A stretch of DNA of 64,000 nt, from the NCBI GenBank assembly GCA_963765555.1, contig CAVXWX010000007.1:2313-66312 (forward strand), in the 5' to 3' direction. Under the pieces are notes generated by a model. That model ran no database searches, was not told the DNA's origin, and saw only the letters and a program-made list of their open reading frames with translations. This DNA is from an uncultured Alphaproteobacteria bacterium (GTDB lineage: Bacteria > Pseudomonadota > Alphaproteobacteria > Rhodobacterales > Rhodobacteraceae). A program made the position numbers and the translations under genes. This document shows, piece after piece, positions 62,402 to 64,000 of this stretch. How positions within the stretch are numbered: position 1 is the first letter of the stretch; every line of letters begins with the position of its first letter.

Positions 62402-62431
62402 CTTGAAATCCGCCCCCCGACGCCCGACATC
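62402..62431 (+). promoter_or_regulatory. Possible RpoH (sigma32)-type promoter
   Basis: CTTGAA followed about 16 nt later by CCGACATC, upstream of the nitroreductase. Confidence 0.35.
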
Positions 62432-62461
62432 TTTGGCGTTGCATGTCACAAGGCCACCCTG

Positions 62462-63040
62462 ATGCCCGATCCTAATCCTGATGCCCTTGCCTTTTTGCTG
62501 AACCGGCGCTCAAGACCGGCCAAAACGCTTGGGCTGCCCGTTCCAAGCAGGGACGACCTTGTTCCGATTCTGACTGCTGCGGCGCGCACGCCCGATCACG
62601 GAAAGCTGGAACCTTGGCGCTTTATCGTGCTGAACCGCACCGCCATCTTGCGCCTTGCCGATCTGGCCGAGGCGCGCGGACATGAATTGGGCCTGCCGGA
62701 TGACCAGATTTACAAAGGCCACGCGCCGATCCGCACAGGCCATCTGGCCGTTGCGGTGATCGAAAGCCCCAAACCGTCCGATAAAATCCCCGCGCTGGAA
62801 CAGACCTATTCCACCGGTGCTGTGTGCCTTGCCCTGTTGAATGCGGCGCTTGCCGCAGGCTGGGGCGCGAACTGGCTATCAGGTTGGCCGTCGCATGATC
62901 GTACCTTCATGACCCAGGGTCTGGCGCTTGAGCCGCACGAACGGATCGCCGGCTTCATCCACATCGGCACCGAAACGTCCGCGCCGCCCGAACGCCCACG
63001 CCCTGATCTCGATGCAATCACGACCTGGCGAGAGTCATGA
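62462..63040 (+). CDS. Nitroreductase family protein (YdjA-like)
   Basis: RRS, PDHGKLEPWRF, GWGANWLSG, GFIHIGT. Confidence 0.88.
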   Translation: MPDPNPDALAFLLNRRSRPAKTLGLPVPSRDDLVPILTAAARTPDHGKLEPWRFIVLNRTAILRLADLAEARGHELGLPDDQIYKGHAPIRTGHLAVAVIESPKPSDKIPALEQTYSTGAVCLALLNAALAAGWGANWLSGWPSHDRTFMTQGLALEPHERIAGFIHIGTETSAPPERPRPDLDAITTWRES

Positions 63041-63762
63041 TCTTTAATGCGTTTTTCAAAGCGGTGGCGCAGCTTGGCGATCCACGGTTTCGCCGCGTGC
63101 TGTGGATGGGCATCGGTCTGACGCTTGCACTGCTGATCGCAGCGACAGCAGGTTTCGTGGCTTTTCTGGAATGGCTGACAGGCGATCAGGTTTTTTTGCC
63201 GTTTATCGGCGAAGTAACCTGGATCAACGACCTTGTCAGTTGGTCCTCTCTCATACTGATGCTGGTGCTCTCTGTCTTTCTGATGGTGCCGGTTGCGTCT
63301 GCTATCACCTCGATGTTTCTGGACGAGGTCGCACAGGCCGTCGAAGACCGGTATTACCCGCAACTGCCCCCTGCCACGCCCGTCCCGTTCTGGGACGCAG
63401 TGCGGGACACGATCAACTTTCTGGGGGTTTTGGTTGCCGCCAACATCGTGGCGATTGCGCTGTACTTCGTATTCTCGCCCGCGGCCTTGTTCATCTTTTG
63501 GGGATTGAACGGATTCCTATTGGGGCGTGAATATTTCACCTTGGCAGCCTTGCGCCGTTTGGACCGGGAAAAGGCCAAAGCCCTGCGCGCCCGTCACGGC
63601 GGCAAAATCTGGCTGGCGGGTACGTTGATGGCGATGCCACTGTCCATTCCCGTCGTGAACCTGCTGATCCCGATTTTAGGGGCCGCGACATTCACGCATA
63701 TATATCACGCGATTATTGCGTCGGACCCATCCGCCCGAACCAGTCCAGATCGCGCACGCTGA
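63037..63762 (+). CDS. EI24/CysZ-like membrane protein
   Basis: FLDEVAQAVE..YYP, NGFLLGREYF, IPVVNL. Confidence 0.82.
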   Translation: MIFNAFFKAVAQLGDPRFRRVLWMGIGLTLALLIAATAGFVAFLEWLTGDQVFLPFIGEVTWINDLVSWSSLILMLVLSVFLMVPVASAITSMFLDEVAQAVEDRYYPQLPPATPVPFWDAVRDTINFLGVLVAANIVAIALYFVFSPAALFIFWGLNGFLLGREYFTLAALRRLDREKAKALRARHGGKIWLAGTLMAMPLSIPVVNLLIPILGAATFTHIYHAIIASDPSARTSPDRAR

Positions 63763-63988
63763 TCCATCCTGACAGGATAATACCGGCCACAATCACCCAA
63801 AGAACAAAGGCAACGCCGGTGGTGATCCACGCCTTTTTCTTCAGGTCATGCACCTCGGGCGCGCCGGCATGTGTGCCCGGAACGATTTTGCCCAGATCGC
63901 CTTGGGTTTTGACACGGATTGGCAGCACGACCAGAAAGGTCAGGAACCAGAAAACGGCATAAAGCACGATGGCCGAGGTTATTCCCAT
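63713..63988 (-). CDS. DUF1467-family membrane protein
   Basis: W...F.VLP....Q......PGT..GAP. Confidence 0.82.
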   Translation of the reverse strand: MGITSAIVLYAVFWFLTFLVVLPIRVKTQGDLGKIVPGTHAGAPEVHDLKKKAWITTGVAFVLWVIVAGIILSGWISVRDLDWFGRMGPTQ

Positions 63989-64000
63989 GGCTCAGACCTG

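Noticed and set aside
63713-63762. 50-bp convergent overlap of the EI24 and DUF1467 genes
   Set aside because: Short tail overlaps are common in compact GC-rich genomes; no further signal
63991-64000. Minus-strand ...QV* possibly the end of a methylmalonyl-CoA epimerase gene
   Set aside because: Only two codons are visible, too little to support a call
1-64000. CRISPR arrays, tRNA/rRNA genes, transposases and prophage genes
   Set aside because: No regularly spaced repeats, RNA gene signatures or mobile-element motifs were seen by inspection; intergenic gaps are short

Overview
Chromosomal window from a Roseobacter-group alphaproteobacterium (Rhodobacteraceae; inferred from gene content and order). 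Bases 1-16.3 kb hold an accessory catabolic island: a second, non-canonical succinate-dehydrogenase-like complex (B-D-C-A order, no covalent-FAD histidine), a two-subunit Fe-S fumarate/tartrate hydro-lyase with altered active-site motifs, a pentein hydrolase, a homocysteine S-methyltransferase-family gene, two enolase-superfamily enzymes, a GMC oxidoreductase, a TctCBA importer, two TauE exporters and a LysR regulator. My best hypothesis is a pathway for a succinate analogue, possibly the organosulfonate 3-sulfopropanoate converted to 3-sulfolactate. The rest is mostly core genome: kpsT/kpsE/kdsA/PMM, asmA, rimO, frmA/fghA, mbfA, zapE, folC/accD, ilvD and gpmI-envC-ctpA. It also carries a split SOS mutasome (imuB and a C-terminally shortened dnaE2 about 22 kb apart, each with its own LexA box, no imuA in the window), an FNR-boxed pair of small Cys-rich genes and an ABC-cNMP fusion with a degenerate ATPase. 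Many frameshifts cluster at 19.6-27.4 kb, nearly all +1 insertions, and are most likely sequencing or consensus errors. I saw no rRNA, tRNA, CRISPR array or transposase.
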